A stretch of 64,000 nt of DNA from Eledone cirrhosa (Eukaryota). Position numbers and translations under genes: made by a program. The notes below the pieces were generated by a model that was not told the DNA's origin, ran no database searches, and saw only the letters and a program-made list of their open reading frames with translations. The stretch lies in contig OZ024740.1 of the NCBI GenBank assembly GCA_964016885.1, positions 39,184,001 through 39,248,000 of the forward strand, given 5' to 3'. Below are positions 1 to 13,644 of this stretch, piece after piece; the stretch's first letter is position 1, and each line of letters starts with the position of its first letter.

Positions 1-3000
1 ATTTTAACTATATGACAGTAGTATTGTAACTATATAACAGTAGCATTGTAACTATATAACAGTAGTAATGTAACTATATAAAATTAGTATTCTAACTATA
101 TAGTGTAGTATTGCAACAATATATTGTAGTATCGTAACTACATAACAGTAGTATTGTAACTATATAACAGTAGTATTGTAACTATATAGTGTAGTATTGT
201 AACTATATAACAGTAGTATTGTAACTATATAACAGTAGTATTGTAACTGTATAACAGTAGTATTGTAACTATATAACAGTAGTATTGTAACTATATAGTG
301 TAGTATTGTAACTATATAACAGTAGTATTGTAACTATATATAACAGTAGTATTGTAACTATATAACAGTAGTATTGTAACTATTTAACAGCAGTATTGTA
401 ACTATATAACAGTAGTATTGTAACTGTATGACAGTAGTAATGTAACTATATAGTGTAGTATTGTAACTATATAGTGTAGTATTGTAACTATATAACAGTA
501 GTATTGTAACTATATAACAGTAGTATTGTAACTATATAACAGTAGTATTGTAACTATATAACAGTAGTATTGTAACTATATATAACAGTAGTATTGTAAC
601 TATATAACAGTAGTATTGTAACTATATAACAGTAGTATTGTAACTATATATGACAGTAGTATTGTAACTATATAACAGTAGTATTGTAACTATATAACAG
701 TAGTATTGTAACTATATAACAGTAGTAATGTAACTATATAACAGAAGCATTGTAAATATATAGTGTAGTATCGTAACTATATAACAGTAGTATTGTAACT
801 ATATAACAGTAGTATTGTAACTATATATAACAGTAGTATTGTAACTATATAGTGTAGTATTGTAACTATATAACAGTAGTATTGTAACTATATAGTGTAC
901 TATTGTAACTATATAACAGTAGTATTGTAACTATATATAACAGTAGTATTGTAACTATATTGTGTAGTATCGTAACTATATAACAGTAGTATTGTAACTA
1001 TATATAAGAGTAGTATTGTAACTATATAGTGTAGTATTGTAACTATATAACAGTAGTATTGTAACTATATAGTGTAGTATTGTAACTATATAACAGTAGT
1101 ATCGTAACTATATAACAGTAGTATTGTAACTATATAACAGTAGTATTGTAACTATATAACAGTAGTATTGTAACTATATAACAGTAGTATTGTAACTATA
1201 TAACAGTAGTATTGTATCTATATAACAGTAGTATTGTAACTATATAACAGTAGTATTGTAACTATATAACAGTAGTATTGTAACTATATAAGAGTAGTAT
1301 TGTAACTATATAAAAGTAGTATTGTAACTATATATAACAGTAGTATTGTAACTATATAGTGTAGTATTGTAACTATATACCAGTAGTATTGTAACTATAA
1401 AACGGTAGTATTGTAACTATATACTGTAGTATTGTAACTATATAACAGTAGTATTGTAACTATATAACGGTAGTATTTTAACTATATAACAGTAGTATTG
1501 TAACTATATATAACAGTAGTATTGTAACTATATAACAGTAGTATTGTAACTATATAACAGTAGTATTGTAACTATATAACAGTAGCATTGTAACTATATA
1601 ACAGTAGCATTGTAACTATATAACAGTAGCATTGTAACTATATAACAGTAGTATTGTAACTATATGTAACAGTAGTATTGTAACTATATAACATTACTAT
1701 TGTAACTATATAGTGTAGTATTGTAACTATATAACAGTAGTATTGTAACTTTATAACAGTAGTATTGTAATTATATAACAGTAGTATTGTAACTATACAA
1801 CAGTTGTATTGTAACTATATAGTGTAGTATTGTAACTATACAACAGTAGTATTGTAACTATATAACAGTAGTATTGTATCTATTTAACAGTAGTATTGTA
1901 ACTATATAACAGTAGTATCGTAACTATATAACAGTAGTATTGTAACTATATAACAGTAGTATTGTAAATATATAACAGCAGTATTGTAACTATATAACAG
2001 TAGTATTGTAACTATATAACAGTAGTATTGTAACTATATGACAGTAGTATTGTAACTATATATAACAGTAGTATTGTAACTATATAGTGTAGTATTGTAA
2101 CTATATAACAGTAGTATTATAACTATATAACAGTAGTATTGTAACTATATAACAGTAGTATTGTAACTATATAGTGTAGTATTGTAACTATATAACAGTA
2201 GTATTGTAACTATATAACAGTAGTATTGTAACTATATAACAGTAGTATTGTAACTATATAACAGTAGTATTGTAACTATATAGTGTAGTATTGTAACTAT
2301 ATAACAGTAGTATTGTAACTGTATGACAGTAGTATTGTAACTATATAGTGTAGTATTGTAACTATATAACAGTAGTATTGTAACTATATAACAGTAGTAT
2401 TGTAACTATATAACAGTAGTATTGTAACTATATAACAGTAGTATTGTAACTATATAACAGTAGTATCGTAACTATATAACAGTAGTATTGTAACTATATA
2501 TAACAGTAGTATTGTAACTATATATAACAGTAGTATTGTAACTATATAACAGTAGTATTGTAACTATATAACAGTAGTATTGTAACTATATATAAGAGTA
2601 GTATTGTAACTATATAGTGTAGTATTGTAACTATATAACAGTAGTATTGTAACTATATAGTGTAGTATTGTAACTATATAACAGTAGTATCGTAACTATA
2701 TAACAGTAGTATTGTAACTATATAACAGTAGTATTGTAACTATATAACAGTAGTATTGTAACTATATAAGAGTAGTATTGTAACTATATAACAGTAGTAT
2801 TGTAAATATATAAGAGTAGTATTGTAACTATATAAAAGTAGTATTGTAACTATATATAACAGTAGTATTGTAACTATATAGTGTAGTATTGTAACTATAT
2901 AACAGTAGTATTGTAACTATATAACAGTAGTATTGTAACTATATAACAGTAGTATTGTAACTATATACAACAGTAGTATTGTAACTATATAGCAGTAGTA

Positions 3001-6000
3001 TTGTAACTATATCGCAGTAGTATTTTACTATATAGTAGTATTGTAACTATATATAACAGTAGTATTGTAACTATATAGCAGTAGTATTTTACTATATAGT
3101 AGTATTGTAACTATATATAACAGTAGTATTCTAACTATATAACACTAGTATTGTAACTATATAACAGTAGTATTGTAACTATATAACAGCAGTATTGTAA
3201 CTATATAACAGTAGTATTGTAACTGTATGACAGTAGTATTGTAACTATATAACAGTAGTATTGTAACTATATAACAGTAGTATTGTAACTATATAACAGT
3301 AGTATTGTAACTATATAACAGTAGTATTGTAACTATATATAACATTAGTATTGTAACTATATATAACAGTAGTATTGTAACTATATAACAGTAGTACAGT
3401 AACTATATAACAGTTTTATTGTAACTATATAACAGTAGTATTGTAAATATATAACAGTAGTATTGTAACTATATAACAGTAGTATTGTAACTATATAACA
3501 GTAGTATTGTAACTATATATAACAGTAGTATTGTAACTATATAGTGTAGTATGGTAGCTATATAACAGTAGTATTGTAACTATATAACAGTAGTATTGTA
3601 ACTATATAACAGTAGTATTGTAACTATATATAACAGTAGTATTGTAACTATATAGCAGTAGTATTGTAACTATATCGCAGTAGTATTTTACTATATAGTA
3701 GTATTGTAACTATATATAACAATAGTATTGTAACTATATAGCAGTAGTATTTTACTATATAGTAGTATTGTAACTATATAGTGTAGTATTGTAACTATAT
3801 AGTGTAGTATTATAACTATATATAACAGTAGTATTCTAACTATATAACAGTAGTATTGTAACTATATAGTGTAGTATTGCAACTATATTTTGTAGTATTG
3901 TAACTATATATAGGAGTAGAATTTTAACTATATAGTAGTAGTATTCTAACTATATATAACAGTAGTATTGTAACTATATAACAGTATTATTGTAACTATA
4001 TAACAGTAGTATCGTAACTATATAACAGTAGTATTGTAACTATATATAACAGTAGTGTTCTAACTATATAACACTAGTATTGTAACTATATAGTGTAGTA
4101 TTGTAACTATATAGTGTAGTATTTTAACTATATGACAGTAGTATTGTAACTATATAACAGTAGCATTGTAACTATATAACAGTAGCATTGTAACTATATA
4201 ACAGTAGCATTGTAACTATATAACAGTAGTATTGTAACTATATAGTGTAGTATTGTAACTATATAACAGTAGTATTGTAACTATATAACATTACTATTGT
4301 AACTATATAGTGTAGTATTGTAACTATATAACAGTAGTATTGTAACTTTATAACAGTAGTATTGTAATTATATAACAGTAGTATTGTAACTATACAACAG
4401 TTGTATTGTAACTATATAGTGTAGTATTGTAACTATACAACAGTAGTATTGTAACTATATAACAGTAGTATTGTATCTATTTAACAGTAGTATTGTAACT
4501 ATATAACAGTAGTATCGTAACTATATAACAGTAGTATTGTAACTATATAACAGTAGTATTGTAAATATATAACAGCAGTATTGTAACTATATAACAGTAG
4601 TATTGTAACTATATAACAGTAGTATTGTAACTATATGACAGTAGTATTGTAACTATATATAACAGTAGTATTGTAACTATATAGTGTAGTATTGTAACTA
4701 TATAACAGTAGTATTGTAACTATATAACAGTAGTATTGTAACTATATAACAGTAGTATTGTAACTATATAGTGTAGTATTGTAACTATATAACAGTAGTA
4801 TTGTAACTATATAACAGTAGTATTGTAACTATATAACAGTAGTATTGTAACTATATAACAGTAGTATTGTAACTATATAGTGTAGTATTGTAACTATATA
4901 ACAGTAGTATTGTAACTATATAACAGTAGTATTGTAACTATATAACAGTAGTATTGTAACTGTATGACAGTAGTATTGTAACTATATAGTGTAGTATTGT
5001 AACTATATAACAGTAGTATTGTAACTATAGAACAGTTGTATTGTAACTATATAACAGTAGTATTGTAACTATATAACAGTAGTATTGTAACTATATAACA
5101 GTAGTATCGTAACTATATAACAGTAGTATTGTAACTATATATAACAGTAGTATTGTAACTATATATAACAGTAGTATTGTAACTATATAACAGTAGTATT
5201 GTAACTATATAACAGTAGTATTGTAACTATATATAAGAGTAGTATTGTAACTATATAGTGTAGTATTGTAACTATATAACAGTAGTATTGTAACTATATA
5301 GTGTAGTATTGTAACTATATAACAGTAGTATCGTAACTATATAACAGTAGTATTGTAACTATATAACAGTAGTATTGTAACTATATAACAGTAGTATTGT
5401 AACTATATAAGAGTAGTATTGTAACTATATAACAGAAGTATTGTAAATATATAAGAGTAGTATTGTAACTATATAAAAGTAGTATTGTAACTATATATAA
5501 CAGTAGTATTGTAACTATATAGCGTAGTATTGTAACTATATAACAGTAGTATCGTAACTATATAACAGTAGTATTGTAACTATATATAACAGTAGTATTC
5601 TAAATATATAACACTAGTATTGTAACTATATAGTGTAGTATTGTAACTATATAGTGTAGTATTTTAACTATATGACAGTAGTATTGTAACTATATAACAG
5701 TAGCATTGTAACTATATAACAGTAGCATTGTAACTATATAACAGTAGCATTGTAACTATATAACAGTAGTATTGTAACTATATGTAACAGTAGTATTGTA
5801 ACTATATAACATTACTATTGTAACTATATAGTGTAGTATTGTAACTATATAACAGTAGTATTGTAACTTTATAACAGTAGTATTGTAATTATATAACAGT
5901 AGTATTGTAACTATACAACAGTTGTATTGTAACTATATAGTGTAGTATTGTAACTATACAACAGTAGTATTGTAACTATATAACAGTAGTATTGTATCTA

Positions 6001-9000
6001 TTTAACAGTAGTATTGTAACTATATAACAGTAGTATCGTAACTATATAACAGTAGTATTGTAACTATATAACAGTAGTATTGTATCTATTTAACAGTAGT
6101 ATTGTAAATATATAACAGCAGTATTGTAACTATATAACAGTAGTATTGTAACTATATAACAGTAGTATTGTAACTATATAACAGTAGTATTGTAACTATA
6201 TAACAGTAGTATTGTAACTATATAACAGTAGTATTGTAACTATATAACAGTAGTATAGTAACTATATAACAGTAGTATCGTAACTATATAACAGTAGTAT
6301 TGTAACTATATATAACAGTAGTATTGTAACTATATATAACAGTAGTATTGTAACTATATAACAGTAGTATTGTAACTATATAACAGTAGTATTGTAACTA
6401 TATATAAGAGTAGTATTGTAACTATATAGTGTAGTATTGTAACTATATAACAGTAGTATTGTAACTATATAGTGTAGTATTGTAACTATATAACAGTAGT
6501 ATCGTAACTATATAACAGTAGTATTGTAACTATATAACAGTAGTATTGTAACTATATAACAGTAGTATTGTAACTATATAAGAGTAGTATTGTAACTATA
6601 TAACAGTAGTATTGTAAATATATAAGAGTAGTATTGTAACTATATAAAAGTAGTATTGTAACTATATATAACAGTAGTATTGTAACTATATAGTGTAGTA
6701 TTGTAACTATATAACAGTAGTATTGTAACTATATAACAGTAGTATTGTAACTATATAACAGTAGTATTGTAACTATATAGAACAGTAGTATTGTAACTAT
6801 ATAGCAGTAGTATTGTAACTATATCGCAGTAGTATTTTACTATATAGTAGTATTGTAACTATATATAACAGTAGTATTGTAACTATATAGCAGTAGTATT
6901 TTACTATATAGTAGTATTGTAACTATATATAAAAGTAGTATTCTAACTATATAACACTAGTATTGTAACTATATAACAGTAGTATTGTAACTATATAACA
7001 GCAGTATTGTAACTATATAACAGTAGTATTGTAACTGTATGACAGTAGTATTGTAACTATATAACAGTAGTATTGTAGCTATATAACAGTAGTATTGTAA
7101 CTATATAACAGTAGTATTGTAACTATATAGTGTAGTATTGTAACTATATAACAGTAGTATTGTAACTATATAACAGTAGTATTGTAACTATATAACAGTA
7201 GTATTGTAACTATATAACAGTAGTATTGTAACTATATAGTGTAGTATTGTAACTATATAACAGTAGTATTGTAACTGTATGACAGTAGTATTGTAACTAT
7301 ATAGTGTAGTATTGTAACTATATAACAGTAGTATTGTAACTATATAACAGTAGTATTGTAACTATATAACAGTAGTATTGTAACTATATAACAGTAGTAT
7401 TGTAACTATATAACAGTAGTATCGTAACTATATAACAGTAGTATTGTAACTATATATAACAGTAGTATTGTAACTATATATAACAGTAGTATTGTAACTA
7501 TATAACAGTAGTATTGTAACTATATAACAGTAGTATTGTAACTATATATAACAGTAGTATTGTAACTATATAGTGTAGTATTGTAACTATATAACAGTAG
7601 TATTGTAACTATATAGTGTAGTATTGTAACTATATAACAGTAGTATCGTAACTATATAACAGTAGTATTGTAACTATATAACAGTAGTATTGTAACTATA
7701 TAACAGTAGTATTGTAACTATATAAGAGTAGTATTGTAACTATATAACAGTAGTATTGTAAATATATAAGAGTAGTATTGTAACTATATAAAAGTAGTAT
7801 TGTAACTATATATAACAGTAGTATTGTAACTATATAGCGTAGTATTGTAACTATATAACAGTAGTATCGTAACTATATAACAGTAGTATTGTAACTATAT
7901 ATAACAGTAGTATTCTAACTATATAACACTAGTATTGTAACTATATAGTGTAGTATTGTAACTATATAGTGTAGTATTTTAACTATATGACAGTAGTATT
8001 GTAACTATATAACAGTAGCATTGTAACTATATAACAGTAGCATTGTAACTATATAACAGTAGCATTGTAACTATATAACAGTAGTATTGTAACTATATGT
8101 AACAGTAGTATTGTAACTAATTAACATTACTATTGTAACTATATAGTGTAGTATTGTAACTATATAACAGTAGTATTGTAACTTTATAACAGTAGTATTG
8201 TAATTATATAACAGTAGTATTGTAACTATACAACAGTTGTATTGTAACTATATAGTGTAGTATTGTAACTATACAACAGTAGTATTGTAACTATATAACA
8301 GTAGTATTGTATCTATTTAACAGTAGTATTGTAACTATATAACAGTAGTATCGTAACTATATAACAGTTGTATTGTAACTATATAACAGTAGTATTGTAA
8401 ATATATAACAGCAGTATTGTAACTATATAACAGTAGTATTGTAACTATATAACAGTAGTATTGTAACTATATGACAGTAGTATTGTAACTATATATAACA
8501 GTAGTATTGTAACTATATAGTGTAGTATTGTAACTATATAACAGTAGTATTGTAACTATATAACAGTAGTATTGTAACTATATAACAGTAGTATTGTAAC
8601 TATATAGTGTAGTATTGTAACTATATAACAGTAGTATTGTAACTATATAACAGTAGTATTGTAACTATATAACAGTAGTATTGTAACTATATAACAGTAG
8701 TATTGTAACTGTATGACAGTAGTATTGTAACTATATAGTGTAGTATTGTAACTATATAACAGTAGTATTGTAACTATATAACAGTAGTATTGTAACTATA
8801 TAACAGTAGTATTGTAACTATATATAAGAGTAGTATTGTAACTATATAGTGTAGTATTGTAACTATATAACAGTAGTATTGTAACTATATAGTGTAGTAT
8901 TGTAACTATATAACAGTAGTATCGTAACTATATAACAGTAGTATTGTAACTATATAACAGTAGTATTGTAACTATATAACAGTAGTATTGTAACTATATA

Positions 9001-11843
9001 AGAGTAGTATTGTAACTATATAACAGTAGTATTGTAAATATATAAGAGTAGTATTGTAACTATATAAAAGTAGTATTGTAACTATATATAACAGTAGTAT
9101 TGTAACTATATAGTGTAGTATTGTAACTATATAACAGTAGTATTGTAACTATATAACAGTAGTATTGTAACTATATAACAGTAGTATTGTAACTATATAG
9201 AACAGTAGTATTGTAACTATATAGCAGTAGTATTGTAACTATATCGCAGTAGTATTTTACTATATAGTAGTATTGTAACTATATATAACAGTAGTATTGT
9301 AACTATATAGCAGTAGTATTTTACTATATAGTAGTATTGTAACTATATATAACAGTAGTATTCTAACTATATAACACTAGTATTGTAACTATATAACAGT
9401 AGTATTGTAACTATATAACAGCAGTATTGTAACTATATAACAGTAGTATTGTAACTGTATGACAGTAGTATTGTAACTATATAACAGTAGTATTGTAACT
9501 ATATAACAGTAGTATTGTAACTATATAACAGTAGTATTGTAACTATATAACAGTAGTATTGTAACTATATATAACAGTAGTATTGTAACTATATATAACA
9601 GTAGTATTGTAACTATATAACAGTAGTACAGTAACTATATAACAGTTGTATTGTAACTATATAACAGTAGTATTGTAAATATATAACAGTAGTATTGTAA
9701 CTATATAACAGTAGTATTGTAACTATATAACAGTAGTATTGTAACTATATATAACAGTAGTATTGTAACTATATAGTGTAGTATGGTAGCTATATAACAG
9801 TAGTATTGTAACTATATAACAGTAGTATTGTAACTATATAACAGTAGTATTGTAACTATATATAACAGTAGTATTGTAACTATATAGCAGTAGTATTGTA
9901 ACTATATCGCAGTAGTATTTTACTATATAGTAGTATTGTAACTATATATAACAATAGTATTGTAACTATATAGCAGTAGTATTTTACTATATAGTAGTAT
10001 TGTAACTATATAGTGTAGTATTGTAACTATATAGTGTAGTATTATAACTATATATAACAGTAGTATTCTAACTATATAACAGTAGTATTGTAACTATATA
10101 GTGTAGTATTGCAACTATATAGTGTAGTATTGTAACTATCTAACAGTAGTATTGTAACTATATGACAGTAGTATTGCAACTATATTTTGTAGTATTGTAA
10201 CTATATATAGGAGTAGAATTTTAACTATATAGTAGTAGTATTCTAACTATATATAACAGTAGTATTGTAACTATATAACAGTATTATTGTAACTATATAA
10301 CAGTAGTATCGTAACTATATAACAGTAGTATTGTAACTATATATAACAGTAGTATTCTAACTATATAACACTAGTATTGTAACTATATAGTGTAGTATTG
10401 TAACTATATAGTGTAGTATTTTAACTATATGACAGTAGTATTGTAACTATATAACAGTAGTATTGTAACTATATAACAGTAGTATTGTAACTATATAACA
10501 GTAGTATTGTAACTATATAGTGTAGTATTGCAGCAATATATTGTAGTATTGTAACTATATAACAGTAGTATTGTAACTATATATAACAGTAGTATTCTAA
10601 CTATATAACACTAGTATTGTAACTATATAACAGTAGTATTGTAACTATATTGTGTAGTATTGCAACAATATATTGTAGTATTGTAACTATATAACAGTAG
10701 TATTGTAACTATATAATAGTAGTATTGCAACTATATGACAGTAGTATTGCAACTATATAACAGTAGTATTGTAACTATATAACAGTAGTATTGTAATTAT
10801 ATAACAGTAGTAATGTAACTATATAGTATAGTATTGTAACTATATAGTGTAGTATTGTAACTATACAGTGTATTATTGTAACTATATAACAGAAGCATTG
10901 TAACTATATAGTGTAGTATTGTAACTATATAACAGTAGTATTGTAACTATATAACAGTAGTATTGTAACTATATAACAGTAGTATTGTAATTATATAACA
11001 GTAGTAATGTAACTATATAGTGTAGTATTGTAACTATATAGTGTAGTATTGTAACTATATAGCAGTAGTATTGTAACTATATAACAGTAGTATTGTAACT
11101 ATATAACAGTATTATTGTAACTATATAACAGTTGTATTGTAACTATATAACAGTAGTATTGTAATTATATATAACAGTAGTATTGTAACTATATAGTGTA
11201 GTATCGTAACTATATAACAGTAGTATTGTAACTATATAACAGTAGTATTGTAACTATATATAACAGTAGTATCGTAACTATATAGTGTAGTATTCTAACT
11301 ATATAACAGTAGTATTGTAACTATATAGTGTACTATTGTAACTATATAACAGTAGTATTGTAACTATATATAACAGTAGTATTGTAACTATATAACAGTA
11401 GTATTGTATTTATATAACAGTAGTATTGTAACTATATAGTGTAGTATTGTAACTATATAGTGTAGTATTGCAACTACATAACAGTGGTATTTTAACTATA
11501 TAACAGTAGTATTGTAACTATATAACAGTAGCATTATAACTATATAACAGTACTATTGTAACTATATAACAGTAGTATTGTAACTATATAACAGTAGCAT
11601 TGTAACTATATAACAGTAGTATTGTAACTATATCGTGTAGTATTGAAACTATATAACAGTAGTATTGTAACTATATAACAGTAGTATTGTAACTATATAA
11701 CAGTAGTATTGTAACTATATAACAGCAGTATTGTAACTATATAACATTAGTATAGTAACTATATAACAGTAGTATTGTAACTATATGACAGTAGTATTGT
11801 AACTATATCTAACAGTAGTATTGTAACTATATAGTGTAGTATT
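1..11843 (+). repeat. 22-bp AT-rich satellite array, left block (continues beyond window start)
   Basis: Continuous head-to-tail copies of AACAGTAGTATTGTAACTATAT (5 of 22 bases G/C), with a 21-bp variant AGTGTAGTATTGTAACTATAT and a 24-bp variant with an extra TA. Confidence 0.98.
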
Positions 11844-11863
11844 CATCATCATCATCATCATCA
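11844..11863 (-). repeat. (GAT)n 3' tail of LINE copy 1
   Basis: (CAT)6CA on + strand directly after satellite ...GTAGTATT. Confidence 0.92.
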
Positions 11864-12233
11864 GCGTTTAACGTCCGTGTTCCACGCTTGCATGGGTTTG
11901 GACGGGGGTAGTCCCACTTGAGGCAAGAGTGATTGTCTTGCTCGCATAGGACTGTCTGGCAGGTTTTCTACAGTTGGATGCCCTTCCTAACACCAACCAC
12001 ATTTACAGTGTGGGTCTGGGAGGTTTTTACCGTGTTGCCTACACGGCCACATTACAGCGTGGACTGTGTGTTTTTTTGTCGTGACACCTACACGATCTCA
12101 TTTGTTTCGGCCTCGATGGCGCGGCACCAACATAACTTTACATAGAACGGGGTGGTGTGGATCGGGTGGGGGTGGTGGGAAGGGGTGTATTTGTTAGAGA
12201 TGCCTACTGGCTGGAGTAGGTTTTACTATATAT

Positions 12234-13487
12234 TTAGGTAAGGCGGGTCTTCTCTGTTACTGAGTACCGCCAAAGGTCTCGGTCCAGTGACATTGTCTTG
12301 GAGAGGTGTAAGTGTGTGATGTCGGAGTTTATCAGCTCGTCCCAGGTTTTTCTAGGTCTGCCTATTCCGTGACTACCGTCTATCTTTATTGCCCTGCACT
12401 TTGTTATACAGCTATCGACTTTCATGCGCATCACGTGTCCATACCAACGTAGCCTTCTCTCGAGTAAACAACATCTGATCCCTCTTATCTCTAATTTATT
12501 CCTTAGTTCGTTTATGCTTTGCCGTTCACGTATATTACTGTTACACATCCAGCGGAGCATGCAAGCTTCGTTCCTCTCTAGTCTGCGTATATCCTCTGCA
12601 CACAATGCCCAGGTCTCACTGCCATGCAGCATTGCTGTTCGTATGCAGGCATCGTACAACCTGCCTTTCATTTTTAGTGAGAACCCTTTAGCAGCTAATA
12701 GTGGTATAAGCTCTCTGAACTTTTTCCAACCAGTTCTGACTCTAGCTACAGTACTTTCAGAGCACCCTCCCCCACTGCTGATTTTATCGCCCAGGTAACG
12801 GAAGCTGTCCACTATTTCTATAGAACCCTCTGCGCAATTGAAAGACCTAGTAGTTTGTGGGCACTTGCTGCTACTTATTGCACCAGAGCACCGGCCACAT
12901 GTAAAATCTATGTTCTTAGTTAGCCTACCTGTGATCCCACTACATCTTTTATGCACCCATACTTTGCATTTAGGACATAAAATGGAGTTTCTACCTACGC
13001 CTTTCCTACACACCGAGCACGACCATTTCCCAGAAGGGACCGCCGCCTTGTTTTCTTTCCTACAAACTAGTACTTTGGTCTTAGCCAGGTTAATTTTAAG
13101 TCCTTTTGACTCTAGGCCGTGCTTCCATGTTTGGAATTTCTTCTCTAGCTCGGCCATTGATTCCGCTATGAGTGTCAGGTCGTCTGCGTATAGGAGTTCC
13201 CATGGGCAGCCTGTCTTGAACTCCTCTGTTATGGCCTGAAGGGCAATAATAAATAGTAGTGGACTGAGAACAGAGCCCTGATGGACGCCGACTTTTACGC
13301 TAAACTCTTCACTATATTCGTTGTTAATTCTAACCTTGCTGACTGTTTCTTTATACATGGCTTGTATAGCCCTCACAAGCCATTCGTCAACGCCTAGTTT
13401 TCTAAGAGCCCACCAGATAATGGAGCGGGGGACTCTGTCGAAGGCTTTCTCCAAGTCGACAAAAGCTAAGTAGAGGGGTTTACCTTT
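12234..13487 (-). pseudogene. Reverse transcriptase C-terminal fragment of LINE copy 1 (417 aa open frame, no native start)
   Basis: Element-derived part of the 469-aa ORF; YADD at 13179-13190; the first ~52 aa of the listed ORF come from the neighbouring element's 3' UTR, tail and satellite. Confidence 0.9.
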
Positions 13488-13488
13488 T

Positions 13489-13534
13489 TTGTAACTATAT
13501 AACAGTAGTATTATAACTATATAACAGTAGTATT
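13489..13534 (+). repeat. Two satellite monomers separating the two LINE copies
   Basis: TTGTAACTATATAACAGTAGTATTATAACTATATAACAGTAGTATT, 46 bp. Confidence 0.95.
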
Positions 13535-13560
13535 CATCATCATCATCATCATCATCATCA
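13535..13560 (-). repeat. (GAT)n 3' tail of LINE copy 2
   Basis: (CAT)8CA on + strand directly after satellite ...GTAGTATT. Confidence 0.92.
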
Positions 13561-13644
13561 GGTTTAGCGTCCGTGTTCCACGCTTGCATGGGTTTGGACG
13601 GCGGTTTTCCCACTTGAGGCATGAGTGGTTGTCTTTCTCGCATA

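Larger units (their letters stand above)
11844..13488 (-). mobile_element. 5'-truncated non-LTR retrotransposon (RTE-like LINE), copy 1, ~1.65 kb
   Basis: Minus-strand RT frame (FVDLEKAFDRV, GVHQGSVLSPLLF, YADD, FRYLG, RRLRWYGHVMR, GRPRKTW), ~370-bp 3' UTR, (GAT)n tail seen as (CAT)6CA at 11844-11863; abruptly truncated inside RT at ~13487, satellite on both sides. The LRWYGHV/GRPRKTW C-terminus and short-repeat tail are typical of the RTE clade. Confidence 0.93.

Noticed and set aside
1-11843. Telomeric repeat array
   Set aside because: No TTAGGG-like G-rich unit; heterogeneous AT-rich 21-24-bp monomers with higher-order structure fit satellite DNA.
11933-12145. Plus-strand 70-aa ORF and related ORFs at 13584-14004
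   Set aside because: Antisense to the LINE 3' UTR; frames shift between the duplicated units, so no coding constraint is evident.
12424-13239. Plus-strand ORFs of 124 and 133 aa (and counterparts at 14325-15785)
   Set aside because: Antisense shadows of the RT frame with no recognisable motifs; their recurrence just reflects the two LINE copies.
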